Assembly: GCA_013333135.2 (NCBI GenBank)
Contig: JABCPJ020000004.1
Span: 11,485-75,484 of the forward strand
Direction: 5' to 3'
DNA: 64,000 bases
From: Candidatus Saccharimonadota bacterium
GTDB lineage: Bacteria; Patescibacteriota; Saccharimonadia; Saccharimonadales; Saccharimonadaceae
Below the pieces are notes generated by a model that was not told where the DNA came from, ran no database searches, and saw only the letters and a list, made by a program, of their open reading frames with translations. The translations under genes were made by a program, and so were the position numbers. This document shows positions 8,975 through 19,344 of this stretch, one piece after another (the first letter of the stretch is position 1; every line of letters begins with the position of its first letter).

Positions 8975-9583
8975 TTATTGATTCAACATACCTTCTGGAT
9001 CATATTGGACGATGTACTGCATTTCCATAATTTCTTTTAAGAATCGGTCCTTCACACTTAAGCGATATCTAAAATCATCACGCGAGATGATCACATAATT
9101 TAATGGCTTCCCCTCTTTCTTCTCGACTACCTCTGCCCAGCGAGAAAGCTTCTTCGTTCTATCGTCGCCCACAATCAGCATATCAACCCCATCCTGTCCT
9201 GGCACACGATTCGTGACAAATAAGAAGTTAAGATAAGCTTTCACTGGGCGAATATATTCATCCCAAGTACTATCTTTCACTGCGGTCTCTACTAATACCT
9301 TATCTACCTTAGTCGAAAACATCATATTCAAAGCTCTCGCGAATGGGTGTTTCGTGTTCGCTGAATAATAAACTTTATTATCGTAGGTTTCATTTTTAAT
9401 CACCCCGATCGATTCAAGATTACCCAATTCACGACGTACGGAATTAATTTGTTCATCGATTACCCTAGTCATTTCTCTGACATAGTAGGAACGTTCAATG
9501 TTGCTAAAAAATAATGATAATAATTTTGTTCGCGTTTTTGAACCGAACAATTTTTCTAAAGGAGTTGTATTTTCTTTGCCCAT
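8975..9583 (-). CDS. Winged-helix transcriptional regulator (CPR-type)
   Basis: LFGSKTRTKLL..YVREMTR..NSVRRELGNL..GVI. Confidence 0.7.
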   Translation of the reverse strand: MGKENTTPLEKLFGSKTRTKLLSLFFSNIERSYYVREMTRVIDEQINSVRRELGNLESIGVIKNETYDNKVYYSANTKHPFARALNMMFSTKVDKVLVETAVKDSTWDEYIRPVKAYLNFLFVTNRVPGQDGVDMLIVGDDRTKKLSRWAEVVEKKEGKPLNYVIISRDDFRYRLSVKDRFLKEIMEMQYIVQYDPEGMLNQ

Positions 9584-9615
9584 ATTACTTATATTTTAGC
9601 ACCAGATGCTGTATT

Positions 9616-10353
9616 TTAGTAGTGTTCAACCTGAAACTTCTCTAAAATCTTGTCTAAAATTTCTTCCCGCTTGTACCATTTTATTTCCGGGTTCCGTTTG
9701 AACCAAGTCATCTGACGCTTAGCCAACTGAAAATCTGAGGTCGAAGCCAAATCTATCGCCTCCTCCAGGCTCGAAACTCCATTCAAATAATCCCAAACAT
9801 ATCGATAAATATTGCTTTTCATTGAAGGTAAACCAAAATCATATTTGGAAACCAGTTTGCGACATTCCTCATATAGTTTTTCATTAAACATCGACTGAAC
9901 ACGTTTTTTAATACGCTTACATAGCTCTTCTCGGTCAGTTAAAATACCATAAATTTCGTACTCATCCCCCATTTTTTTCCGATCAAGTTCCCCCTTCTTC
10001 GCTTCCTCTAAAAATTGATAATCAAACACCAATGCATCCACATATAGCCCCGTCCCACCTACCACAATCGGTTGCTTACCACGTGCTAAAATCTCAGCAA
10101 TCTTCTCTTTCGCATAATTTTTCCAATCTACCACTGTGAATCTCTCGTCTGGCCACACCAAATCGAAACCAAAATGTGACACATCACCGCGCTCTAAAAG
10201 ATCTGGTTTCGCCGTACCGATATCCATCCCCCGAAAAATCGTCCGCGAATCTGCGCTGATAATCTCGCCATTAAGACGCTTCGCCAGCTCCACCGCTACT
10301 GCCGTCTTTCCAGATGCTGTTGGCCCCACAATTACTATAATTTTAGTGTTCAT
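9616..10353 (-). CDS. miaA: tRNA dimethylallyltransferase (compact)
   Basis: GPTASGKT; ISADSR; DIGTAKP; VGGTGLY; AKRQMTWF. Confidence 0.95.
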   Translation of the reverse strand: MNTKIIVIVGPTASGKTAVAVELAKRLNGEIISADSRTIFRGMDIGTAKPDLLERGDVSHFGFDLVWPDERFTVVDWKNYAKEKIAEILARGKQPIVVGGTGLYVDALVFDYQFLEEAKKGELDRKKMGDEYEIYGILTDREELCKRIKKRVQSMFNEKLYEECRKLVSKYDFGLPSMKSNIYRYVWDYLNGVSSLEEAIDLASTSDFQLAKRQMTWFKRNPEIKWYKREEILDKILEKFQVEHY

Positions 10354-10413
10354 TTTTAACTATAAAAATCTGGTCAGCGCCACCCCTGTAAACCTCACTG
10401 ACCAGACCCCTCA

Positions 10414-12204
10414 TTATTTAATATTTTTTAGGTATTCGGCAAGCTCCGTTAACGCCACCGTCTTTTCCGTATCCTTTTCGCGTACTGAAACCGTACCATT
10501 TTCCTTGTCGCGCTCACCGACGATTAGTAACACTGGCGTCTTCATCGAAACTGCGCGCTTAATCTTCTTTCCGAGCGACTCATCAGATACATCCGCAGTA
10601 AAACGCAAATCATTGTGCTTCAAAGGCGTTTCAAGTGTTACTTCACTCAAGATCTGCTTGATTTTCTCTACGTAATCTAAGACTTGGTCATTCACTGTCA
10701 AAATACGCACCTGTTCTGGAGCACACCAGAATGGGAACCAACCCGAAGTATGTTCGATGAATACCGACATAAAACGCTCAATTGAGCCCAAAGTCGCATG
10801 ATGAATCATCACTGGCTGTTCTTTTTCGCCATTCTCGTTCACAAAAGTCAAACCAAAACGTTCCGGTTGCACGAAATCCAGCTGAATTGTCGCTACTTGA
10901 TGTTCGCGGCCAATCGCATCTTCAGCCATAAAGTCAATCTTCGGGCCATAAAATGCTGCCTCACCTTCCATTTCGAAATAATCCAGTCCATTTTCGATCG
11001 CCGCCTCTTTAATTTGTGCCTGTGCCATTTCCCAAAGTGATTTATCACCGAGATATTTATCCTCATCGTTACGATAAGAAAGGCGAGCACGTAATTTACT
11101 CATCCCCACCACAGTATAGAGTTCACGCACAATTCCGACTAAGTTCTGGATTTCTGCTTTAATCTGCTCTTTACGGCAGAAGACATGGGTGTCATCCTGA
11201 GTCAAAGAGCGCACACGCGATAATCCACCCAGCTCACCTGATTTTTCATCGCGGTAATCAGTCGTAGATTCCATATAGCGCACCGGCATTTCCTTATAGG
11301 TACGTGGACGACTAGCAAAAATTTGTGCATGGTGCGGACAGTTCATTGGTTTCAAAGCAAATTCTTCCCCGTTCACCTGAGAATGCACCAAGAATAACTC
11401 TGCGCCAAACTTTGCGTAGTGACCAGAAGCTTTATAGAGGTCAAGCTTAGTGATATGTGGGGTCCAAACTCGCTCAAAACCATGTCTTGCCCGTAGTGAC
11501 AAGGAATAATTTGTCAAAACATCACGAAGTACCGTCCCACGAGGTGAGAAGAGCGGCAAACCAGCACCTACTAATTCTGAAAAACTAAATAAATCTAGTT
11601 CCTTACCCAATTTACGGTGATCACGCGCTTTTGCTTCTTCTAGACGCTGCAGATACTCCTTCAATTCTTCTTCCGTCTCGAAGGCTACACCATAAATACG
11701 GGTCAACATTTCACGTTTTTCGTCCCCACGCCAGTAGGCCCCAGCCACCTTAATTAGCTTGAAAGCACCAGCTTTTCCGGTATTTTCTACATGTGGACCC
11801 TTACAAAGATCCATAAAATCACCGAGTTGATAGAAAGAAATAATCTCTGATTCTGGTAAATCTTCGATCAATTCCACCTTGTATTTTTGGTGATTCTCTT
11901 TCGCCCAAGCCAAAGCTTCCTCGCGACTTTTTTCAGAGTATACTAGGTCCAATTTTTTATTAATGATTGAATACATTTTTTTCTGAATCTTCGGAAGATC
12001 AGCATCGGTGATTTTCATCACATTTCCCTCTGCATCTTTTACTTCTGAAAGATCGATATCATAATAAAAACCAGTTGCCGTCGCTGGACCCACGCCAAAC
12101 TGCACTCCTGGATACATTTCAACCAAAGCGGCAGCTAAAACATGACTAAGTGTATGGCGCATTTTCATTACATTTTGCTCATCTTCACCACATAGGTTAC
12201 ACAT
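10414..12204 (-). CDS. thrS: Threonine-tRNA ligase (no TGS domain)
   Basis: DLCKGPH; RDHRKLGKELDLF; KPMNCPHH; AAFYGPKID. Confidence 0.97.
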   Translation of the reverse strand: MCNLCGEDEQNVMKMRHTLSHVLAAALVEMYPGVQFGVGPATATGFYYDIDLSEVKDAEGNVMKITDADLPKIQKKMYSIINKKLDLVYSEKSREEALAWAKENHQKYKVELIEDLPESEIISFYQLGDFMDLCKGPHVENTGKAGAFKLIKVAGAYWRGDEKREMLTRIYGVAFETEEELKEYLQRLEEAKARDHRKLGKELDLFSFSELVGAGLPLFSPRGTVLRDVLTNYSLSLRARHGFERVWTPHITKLDLYKASGHYAKFGAELFLVHSQVNGEEFALKPMNCPHHAQIFASRPRTYKEMPVRYMESTTDYRDEKSGELGGLSRVRSLTQDDTHVFCRKEQIKAEIQNLVGIVRELYTVVGMSKLRARLSYRNDEDKYLGDKSLWEMAQAQIKEAAIENGLDYFEMEGEAAFYGPKIDFMAEDAIGREHQVATIQLDFVQPERFGLTFVNENGEKEQPVMIHHATLGSIERFMSVFIEHTSGWFPFWCAPEQVRILTVNDQVLDYVEKIKQILSEVTLETPLKHNDLRFTADVSDESLGKKIKRAVSMKTPVLLIVGERDKENGTVSVREKDTEKTVALTELAEYLKNIK

Positions 12205-12274
12205 TCTGCCTTCTTTCTAATTACTCAAAAATATTTCTTTTATTTTAACACATTTTATGGTAAAATACATCTAT

Positions 12275-12351
12275 GGGTCGCTAACTCAGCTGGCTAGAGT
12301 GTCTCCTTTACACGGAGGAAGTCGGGGGTTCGAATCCCTCGCGACCCACCA
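12275..12351 (+). tRNA. tRNA-Val(TAC)
   Basis: Cloverleaf; anticodon loop TTTACAC; encoded CCA. Confidence 0.95.
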
Positions 12352-12369
12352 GATTTAGTTAATCAAAAA

Positions 12370-12393
12370 ACGGATTTTACATCCGTCTTTTTT
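12370..12393 (+). terminator. Terminator after tRNA-Val
   Basis: ACGGAT-TTTAC-ATCCGT followed by a T run. Confidence 0.65.
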
Positions 12394-12465
12394 ATCCCCC
12401 AATTTTATAATTTATAGTCCCATGTCCGTATTAAGTCTCACGTCCGGATTCCATATTCGTCTTTT

Positions 12466-14205
12466 TTATTTCTTCACTACTTTCTTCGTAACGTCAAACT
12501 TTTCCATATAATTCCCCACCATTAGTCTCGTCTGAGAATAAAATGCCGTAAAGGACTGATAAATAATCGCCACCACTGGCATCAAAAGCCATTGTAACAG
12601 CATAAAAATCTTTGGCTTCTTAATATGAGCTGGGCGTTTTGGCAACATGCCAAATGATAACAAAATTGTCGCCATCAAACCAATTGAAGCGAATAACTGC
12701 ACATAAGAAATTGTGTTCGGCAGGTTAAAGGTTAAAAGTTCCTTCGAGGAAGCGTTGAGTAATTTTGGTACCCAACCACCAAACGCCACCATCGGCGAGA
12801 TCGAAGCTAAAGTTACGTGACCTTCAAGGAGTCTCGCAAATTTCACGAATAATGGCCAGAATTTCATTCCGGTGCGTTCCATGCGGTCTTTCGAAAAAGT
12901 CCTCACCCCCACATAAGCCACATCCGAAGCCCCATAGTCCCAGCGCCTTAACTGAATAAATTGCGCTTTCAAAGTCTTCCAAAGCCCATCCTCCAACACT
13001 GCGTCCTGATAAATCGGAATATGAATCGGTTTCACACTATAATCCCCCTTAAAGTAAAATAGTGAACGCCAATACTGATGACCATCTTCCACGATCGTCA
13101 ACTTACTCCAATACCCCATATTCGACAAAGCCAAAAATGGTTGCGAGTGTGAAGCAAAATTCTTCAAGGTATGCACGCGCATCGAGGAAATAATATTGAA
13201 AAATGAATTCGACACTGCGATAATTCGCATTGGCGCCGGCGTTTCCCAGATATTATTCGTAAATAGCGAAACTGGCTGATAACTCAAATGTTGACGATTT
13301 GGATGCACCACAAATTCATAAGCCACATTATCTAAATATGATTTATGCATCTTATTGTCGGAGTCTAGAGAAGTTGCAATCACATTCGCAAAATCAATCT
13401 TCTCCTTACGCAAGAATTTTGCTAGTTCCTCCGCCGCATAATCCAAATTTGGCCCCTTACCTTGAATTTCCCCCTTCAAATCTTTTGGATGCATCACTGG
13501 AATAAAAGCATAAAAATCGTCTTTGAGCTTCTCATACAACTGTTTCGCGTTCTCTTTCATCGCTTCCCCACCGCGCTCTTCGTAGCCGAACACTAAAATT
13601 ATTTTTTTATTATCAAAGGTAGTATTTTTCACTGCCTCTACTGTCGGAATCAAAGTTTCGAGACCTTCATTGTAAGCCACCATGATCACCGCATGATAAA
13701 TATCTCCTGGTTTTGGAAATTCCACCTTCAGCACCTTGCCATTTTCGTCTAGCATTTTTTCCGACACCACTAAATCACGGCCGGTCGCCAACATCTTCAA
13801 ATTTCTCACGTGCTTATCGAAACCAAATTCAGTACTTTTTTTGCGATGATACTTTTCATAAGCCGCATGTGGATCATATAAATCCAAAAATCTCTGGTGC
13901 CAGTCCACTTTTTCTGAAGCTTTCGAAGCCTGATACCCCTGTACAGTACGAAAAGTAATTCCCACTGCCTTTACCAAGGTCGTAGCAATAATAAATAACA
14001 GATAATAAGACCCCAGCACTGGACTAATCAGCGAAAATACCACCAAAAGAATCAAAATCATATATGAAGTAAAGCCTGGTAGAATCTCAAAGAAACGATA
14101 AAGCTTCGTACGTTTCCCCTGTGGCAAATCCAAACTATCCCAAACCGATTTCTGCATATTTTGTTGCGTCTTTTTCTGCACTTTTTGCTGTTTCTTCATC
14201 ATCAC
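12466..14205 (-). CDS. Membrane glycosyltransferase family 2
   Basis: YNE, GKG.N, DSD, IVED, QLRRW motifs plus TM helices. Confidence 0.85.
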   Translation of the reverse strand: MMMKKQQKVQKKTQQNMQKSVWDSLDLPQGKRTKLYRFFEILPGFTSYMILILLVVFSLISPVLGSYYLLFIIATTLVKAVGITFRTVQGYQASKASEKVDWHQRFLDLYDPHAAYEKYHRKKSTEFGFDKHVRNLKMLATGRDLVVSEKMLDENGKVLKVEFPKPGDIYHAVIMVAYNEGLETLIPTVEAVKNTTFDNKKIILVFGYEERGGEAMKENAKQLYEKLKDDFYAFIPVMHPKDLKGEIQGKGPNLDYAAEELAKFLRKEKIDFANVIATSLDSDNKMHKSYLDNVAYEFVVHPNRQHLSYQPVSLFTNNIWETPAPMRIIAVSNSFFNIISSMRVHTLKNFASHSQPFLALSNMGYWSKLTIVEDGHQYWRSLFYFKGDYSVKPIHIPIYQDAVLEDGLWKTLKAQFIQLRRWDYGASDVAYVGVRTFSKDRMERTGMKFWPLFVKFARLLEGHVTLASISPMVAFGGWVPKLLNASSKELLTFNLPNTISYVQLFASIGLMATILLSFGMLPKRPAHIKKPKIFMLLQWLLMPVVAIIYQSFTAFYSQTRLMVGNYMEKFDVTKKVVKK

Positions 14206-14219
14206 TATATCCGAATTAA

Positions 14220-14624
14220 TTAACTTTCACCCAGTAATCTGATGAAGACCAAAAAGCCTAGCACTAAAATACCGAGTGAAATACAAATAAACATTTTTGC
14301 CACCGCCGCGCCCTTTTTCTCAAAAATTCGCAGTGCCAACAGATTATGTAATACCCCCAAAGTTAAAGCTAAAATCGGAAAAATCAACATCGCCTGCCAA
14401 GATCCATCATGATAACCCCCGGAATTCGCCATCGAAGACCATTCCCCACCTTGATAACGCCCGACATCCCCATAGCTAATTTTTACAATTGAGGCATTTG
14501 GCTGTAAATTCAATGCCGAAAAAATCAGAAAAGCCAGAGATAAAATCAGAAGTATTACCTGAAAAATTACCAGGCTACGTTCCTTCTGATAGGCTTCTTT
14601 AAAAGTCGCAATTAATTCTTTCAT
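14220..14624 (-). CDS. Hypothetical 3-TM membrane protein
   Basis: Hydrophobic helices; start placed at MKELIAT, 7 nt after TATAAT. Confidence 0.65.
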   Translation of the reverse strand: MKELIATFKEAYQKERSLVIFQVILLILSLAFLIFSALNLQPNASIVKISYGDVGRYQGGEWSSMANSGGYHDGSWQAMLIFPILALTLGVLHNLLALRIFEKKGAAVAKMFICISLGILVLGFLVFIRLLGES

Positions 14625-14643
14625 TCCTCTTATTATACCATTT

Positions 14644-15630
14644 TTATTTATCAAGCAATTTACAAATCAAATTCAACATCAATTCTTTCTCTTCCGGCTG
14701 GCTTTCCGCAATCAAAAGCACCAAAGCCGTCAAAGCTCGATCAGAAAGTTTCGTCTCTCCCTGTTCATTCAATTGAAAGAAATTCACCGACAAATAAACC
14801 ACAAAAAGTAACGCCCCAATTTGTTGATTTCCTTCCAAAAACGGCTTCTCATGTACGATAAAATAAAGTAACTTCGCCGCTCGCCTAGCCACCGAATCAC
14901 TTCTTTCGAACAAATTTTGTACTCGGGCTGAAATTAGTGTTTCACCTCTGTTATTTTCCGCCAGCACCCCGAAATTTTCACCTTCATTCAGTCTTTCACG
15001 TAGATCTGAAACATAATTTTCAATCTCCACTTCGCTCAAATCTCTTCTCGCCCTGGTGTCCACCGAAAAAATAATTTTATTGTTCAGATATTCCGAAATC
15101 GTGGCAAAACTATCCGCATATTTCGTTACCACCTCAAGCACTCCATTCGCTTCATTCGCACTCAAGCTAGTTTCCGTCAACATCCTGCGCACAATCCCCA
15201 GCGTCTCCTCTAGATTCTGCAGTTTTTCACTTCCGTCCGGCAACTTCTTCACCAAATCATAATTAACCGCCACCCCCTCCGTCATATAACGCTTAATAAT
15301 CGAGGAAGCCCAAATACGAAACTTCGTGGCTTTTTTCGAATTCACTCGGTACCCCACCGAGATAATCACGTCCAAATTATATTTCTTAATCTTACGCGCA
15401 ATCCGACGACCACCCTCAAGTCGCTCTTCTACCTCTTCCTTCACACATTTTTCCGCATCCAGCTCCTCATCAGCAAAAATATTACGTAAATGTCTGGAAA
15501 TTACCGTGCGATCCACCTCAAAAAGCTCTGCAATCTTTCCCTGTTCCGCCCAAATCGTCTGGTTCATTTCGTCCACATCGAAAAAAACCTCCCCCTCCGC
15601 ACCTTGATAAATTTCCAGCTTCATCGTCAT
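14644..15630 (-). CDS. RhuM-family protein with degenerate Fic/Doc domain
   Basis: YNLDVIISVGYRVNSKKATKFRIWA; KPFLEGNQQIG. Confidence 0.85.
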   Translation of the reverse strand: MTMKLEIYQGAEGEVFFDVDEMNQTIWAEQGKIAELFEVDRTVISRHLRNIFADEELDAEKCVKEEVEERLEGGRRIARKIKKYNLDVIISVGYRVNSKKATKFRIWASSIIKRYMTEGVAVNYDLVKKLPDGSEKLQNLEETLGIVRRMLTETSLSANEANGVLEVVTKYADSFATISEYLNNKIIFSVDTRARRDLSEVEIENYVSDLRERLNEGENFGVLAENNRGETLISARVQNLFERSDSVARRAAKLLYFIVHEKPFLEGNQQIGALLFVVYLSVNFFQLNEQGETKLSDRALTALVLLIAESQPEEKELMLNLICKLLDK

Positions 15631-18008
15631 AGTTCTCCGAGATTCTGCCCCGCCGTCACTTCCACCTTGAGCTTAATCTTCAATTCTGGCGCCACCCCTT
15701 CCATCTCTTTTTGCAAAATCATTTTTACCGCCTCTTCATCAGCCTGATCACATTCCACCACCAAAGAATCATGAATTTGTAACACCAATTTCGCCCCCTC
15801 CGGCAACTTCCTATCCACCGCAATCATCGCTCGCTTCATCAAATCCGCCTCGGTTCCCTGAATCGGCATATTCTGTGCCGCTCGTTCTGCCGCATTACGA
15901 ATAATAAAATTCGAGGATTTCACATCTGGTGTCGGGCGTTTACGGCCATAAAAAGTCCTCACTTCACCCGTTTCTCGCGCCTCTTCCAGCGTGTGATTCA
16001 AATACGCGTAAATCTTCTGGCGCACCTTGAAGTATTCATCAATAAATCGCTTCGCCTCGAAGAAATTCATCTCCGTCGCATCGCTCAGGCCCTTCGGACT
16101 CATGCCGTACATAATACCAAAATTAATCACCTTGGCCACGCGACGTTGTAGCTTCGTCACCTCTTCCATCGGAATCTGATAAACTTCCGCCGCCGTCTTC
16201 GTATGAATATCAATATCTTGATTAAAATCCGAAACCAAAGCTTCGTCTCCCGCGAGCACTGCCGCGAGCCTCAATTCGAACTGTGAGTAATCTGCTGAAA
16301 CCAGAATCTTCCCCTCTGGCGCCACGAATCCCCGGCGAATACGTTTCCCCTCTTCGCTCCGTACCGGAATATTCTGCAAATTCGGATTCAAACTCGAAAG
16401 TCGCCCCGTCGCCGTCACGTTCTGCGTAAACGTCGAATGAATGCGTCCATCTGCCGCCACCTGTTCAATCAGCGGTGCGATATAGGTCGATAATAGCTTC
16501 ATCGTTTCTCGATAATGAATAATTTCTTTAATTACCGGATGCTCATCTTTGAGCTTTTCTAGCTCTTTCGCCCCTGTCGAATAACCTCGCGAGGTCTTTT
16601 TAATACCTTTTACCGGCAGTCCCAACTTTTCGAACAAAATTTGTGACATTTGAAGTGGCGAATTGACATTAAATTGTTCGCCCGAAAGCTCATAAATTTT
16701 TTGTTCAATTTCTGCCACTTTCCCCTCGAATTCCGTCTTCAAACCCTCGAAATATTCCTGGTCTAACAAAATTCCCGTCGCTTCCATCTTATAGAGAATC
16801 GGCACTACCGGCATATCAAAATCCGTAAAAATTGTGTTCAATTTTTCATCCTTCGAAAAAGCCAAATATTGTTCACTAAATTTGTTCAATGTCGTTTCCG
16901 TATACACACCAGTCAACGCCTCTTCCATCGTACCAACTCCATCCACCCCTGTACGGCGCAATGGATTTAACAGAAAATCTGCTTGATCCAAATCCCAAAG
17001 TCTCTTCGCCTGAAAAACTCGCTCACGAAACTCGGCATTTTCATGCATCAAGTCCTTAATATTGCTCGCGACCAGCATCCCTTCCGGAATTTCTACTCGC
17101 GACACCACTTCTTCTGCGGGCTCAGTCTCTATCTCCGAAAGCCCATTTTCAATTTTCAGTTTTTTCAGCAAATTATTGAACTCTAAACGCTTAAATACCT
17201 CTGATATACGCGAAAAATCTAGTTTCAAAGCCGGAACATCCGAAAGTTTCACCGGTGCGTCCGTCATAATTTTCGCAAGCTTTAGGGACATCTCAGCCGA
17301 CTCGCGTCCATCAATCAATTTCTTCTGTGTCGCCCCCGAAATTTCCTCAATATGGGCATAAATCCCCTCCAAGCTACCATACTCATTTAAGAGTTTCACT
17401 GCGGTTTTTTCACCAATCCCCGGTACGCCTGGAATATTGTCCGAATTATCCCCTTTCAGCGCCTTAAGATCCAAAAATTGCGATTTCAAAATCCCATATT
17501 TTTCTTCCACCGCTGGAATATCCATCTCTTCGAGATCCGAAAATCCCCGCAGAATTCGGTACATCTTGGTGTTTTCATCTACGATTTGCAGCATATCAAG
17601 GTCCGAAGACACAATATAAGTCATATAATCCCCCGCCTCATCCGCTTGCCGCGCCAAGGTACCAATAATATCATCCGCCTCATATTCATCCGCCTCCATA
17701 AAGCCCCATGAAAGTGCCGAAATCAATTCCCGAAGCAAAGGAATCTGTGCATAAAAATCCTCTGGTGGCCTTACTCGTCCAGCTTTATAATCCTTAAAAA
17801 TTGCGAGTCGCTTCGCCGTCGAAGTGCGTGCCTTATCCCACGCCACCACCACCTGGTCCGGCTGGATATTACGCACAATTTCCATCGCAATCACCGCAAA
17901 TCCATACACTCCCGAAGTCGGCTCTCCCTTCGAGGTCGCCAAATTTCCCATCGCGTAGTAACCACGATAAAAAACACTTTTCCCATCAATGATTACTAAT
18001 TTTTTCAT
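15627..18008 (-). CDS. polA: DNA polymerase I (3'-5' exonuclease domain reduced)
   Basis: EADDIIGT; GDNSDNIPGV; TGRLSSLNPNLQNIP; ADYSQFELR; QIHDS. Confidence 0.97.
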   Translation of the reverse strand: MKKLVIIDGKSVFYRGYYAMGNLATSKGEPTSGVYGFAVIAMEIVRNIQPDQVVVAWDKARTSTAKRLAIFKDYKAGRVRPPEDFYAQIPLLRELISALSWGFMEADEYEADDIIGTLARQADEAGDYMTYIVSSDLDMLQIVDENTKMYRILRGFSDLEEMDIPAVEEKYGILKSQFLDLKALKGDNSDNIPGVPGIGEKTAVKLLNEYGSLEGIYAHIEEISGATQKKLIDGRESAEMSLKLAKIMTDAPVKLSDVPALKLDFSRISEVFKRLEFNNLLKKLKIENGLSEIETEPAEEVVSRVEIPEGMLVASNIKDLMHENAEFRERVFQAKRLWDLDQADFLLNPLRRTGVDGVGTMEEALTGVYTETTLNKFSEQYLAFSKDEKLNTIFTDFDMPVVPILYKMEATGILLDQEYFEGLKTEFEGKVAEIEQKIYELSGEQFNVNSPLQMSQILFEKLGLPVKGIKKTSRGYSTGAKELEKLKDEHPVIKEIIHYRETMKLLSTYIAPLIEQVAADGRIHSTFTQNVTATGRLSSLNPNLQNIPVRSEEGKRIRRGFVAPEGKILVSADYSQFELRLAAVLAGDEALVSDFNQDIDIHTKTAAEVYQIPMEEVTKLQRRVAKVINFGIMYGMSPKGLSDATEMNFFEAKRFIDEYFKVRQKIYAYLNHTLEEARETGEVRTFYGRKRPTPDVKSSNFIIRNAAERAAQNMPIQGTEADLMKRAMIAVDRKLPEGAKLVLQIHDSLVVECDQADEEAVKMILQKEMEGVAPELKIKLKVEVTAGQNLGEL

Positions 18009-18583
18009 TAAAATTCCATCCTCGTTAAAATTTCTGCCATTTTTTCGTTCATTTCTGCCACACTGCCGTCATTCAAAATATAATAATCCGCCATCGCAAT
18101 CGGCCCACCTTTTTCGATATTTTCCACCTCTGTATAATCTCGTTCCTGAATTTCCTTCAAAGTAAACGGTCGCTCCTCGCGCTTCCCCACTCGGAAATGT
18201 CTCAGTGCTTTCGGCACCACAATCGCCACCACCGTCAAAAGCCCCGGATATTTACTCTTAAGTTCCTTATATTCCGTCCAAGAATATAGCCCATCCAGCA
18301 CAATTCGCTTTTGTCCCGAAGCAATCAAATTATCAATCTCCCCCATCACCTGACGCACCACCCAATCTTTCCCCTCAGTTTCACGAATCATCTCTCGAAA
18401 TTGTCGTTCACTCGAACCATCCGCTGTACGCTGAATTCCACGGCGTTCCATTTCTTTATAAATCATTCCCCCGAAATAAACTTTTGGCACGCCTTTTTTG
18501 GTCAAAAAATCCACCACCACCGATTTACCCGAACCGCTCATCCCCACTACCGCTAAAATTTTCACCTCACTTTTTTCGCTCAT
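18008..18583 (-). CDS. P-loop kinase (dephospho-CoA/adenylate kinase-like)
   Basis: GMSGSGKS; IVLDG; ERD..E..IEKGGPIAMAD. Confidence 0.75.
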   Translation of the reverse strand: MSEKSEVKILAVVGMSGSGKSVVVDFLTKKGVPKVYFGGMIYKEMERRGIQRTADGSSERQFREMIRETEGKDWVVRQVMGEIDNLIASGQKRIVLDGLYSWTEYKELKSKYPGLLTVVAIVVPKALRHFRVGKREERPFTLKEIQERDYTEVENIEKGGPIAMADYYILNDGSVAEMNEKMAEILTRMEF

Positions 18584-19299
18584 TTTTGCTCCCAGTTATT
18601 AAAAAATTCTACAAATCGCTCTCGCATTTTCGCCTGACTCATATAAATCAGCACCGGATTTCCCTCCACATCCGTCAAAGTCCCCAAACTTTCACTCGGC
18701 ACATAAAAAGTCGTGCGATGCTTTGCCGAAAGTCGCATCAAAATCCGCTCATACCATTTCTCTGTCTGGTCATAAATCTCGAAACGCTCGATAAATCTGC
18801 GATATTTTTTCTTCGCAAAATCCTTTGGATAAAATACGAACACTTCACCAAATCGTGTCAAATCTGCATCCACTTTCATCAGCACCAAACACTGAATTTC
18901 CGAACTAAAGCCGATCAAAAGATTCGTATAGATCGCTTCCGTCACCGTACGAGTCGCGAGCTCCTCGTTCTCATCATAAAATTCCCGCGTCTTGGTATCC
19001 TCATCAATGTGATAGCCAACTACCAATAAAAATTGTTCCGGCAAAAGCACCCGCTCCGCCGTTTCACTAACCGGGCGCTTCATCCCATCGTCAAACGCCG
19101 CACCACGCTCGTCGAGCTCTCCCCCCAATTTCTCAGCGCCGCTCTCCAGGTTATATTTCTCCAGCCCCGCCATAAAAAGTCGCGCCATTTTCAACTGATT
19201 TTCCGCCACCCATTCCCTATCCACTTCTGGTTGACTTTTGGCAAAGAAAAATTCAAAAATCCCCCGACCTTTGTTTGTTTTTACACCTAATTGCACCAT
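18580..19299 (-). CDS. Hypothetical protein
   Basis: 239-aa ORF overlapping the next gene by 4 nt; -10-like element upstream. Confidence 0.7.
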   Translation of the reverse strand: MVQLGVKTNKGRGIFEFFFAKSQPEVDREWVAENQLKMARLFMAGLEKYNLESGAEKLGGELDERGAAFDDGMKRPVSETAERVLLPEQFLLVVGYHIDEDTKTREFYDENEELATRTVTEAIYTNLLIGFSSEIQCLVLMKVDADLTRFGEVFVFYPKDFAKKKYRRFIERFEIYDQTEKWYERILMRLSAKHRTTFYVPSESLGTLTDVEGNPVLIYMSQAKMRERFVEFFNNWEQK

Positions 19300-19344
19300 T
19301 ACTTTTATCTTATCACAGGTTAAGACGGAATAAAACTCACACCC

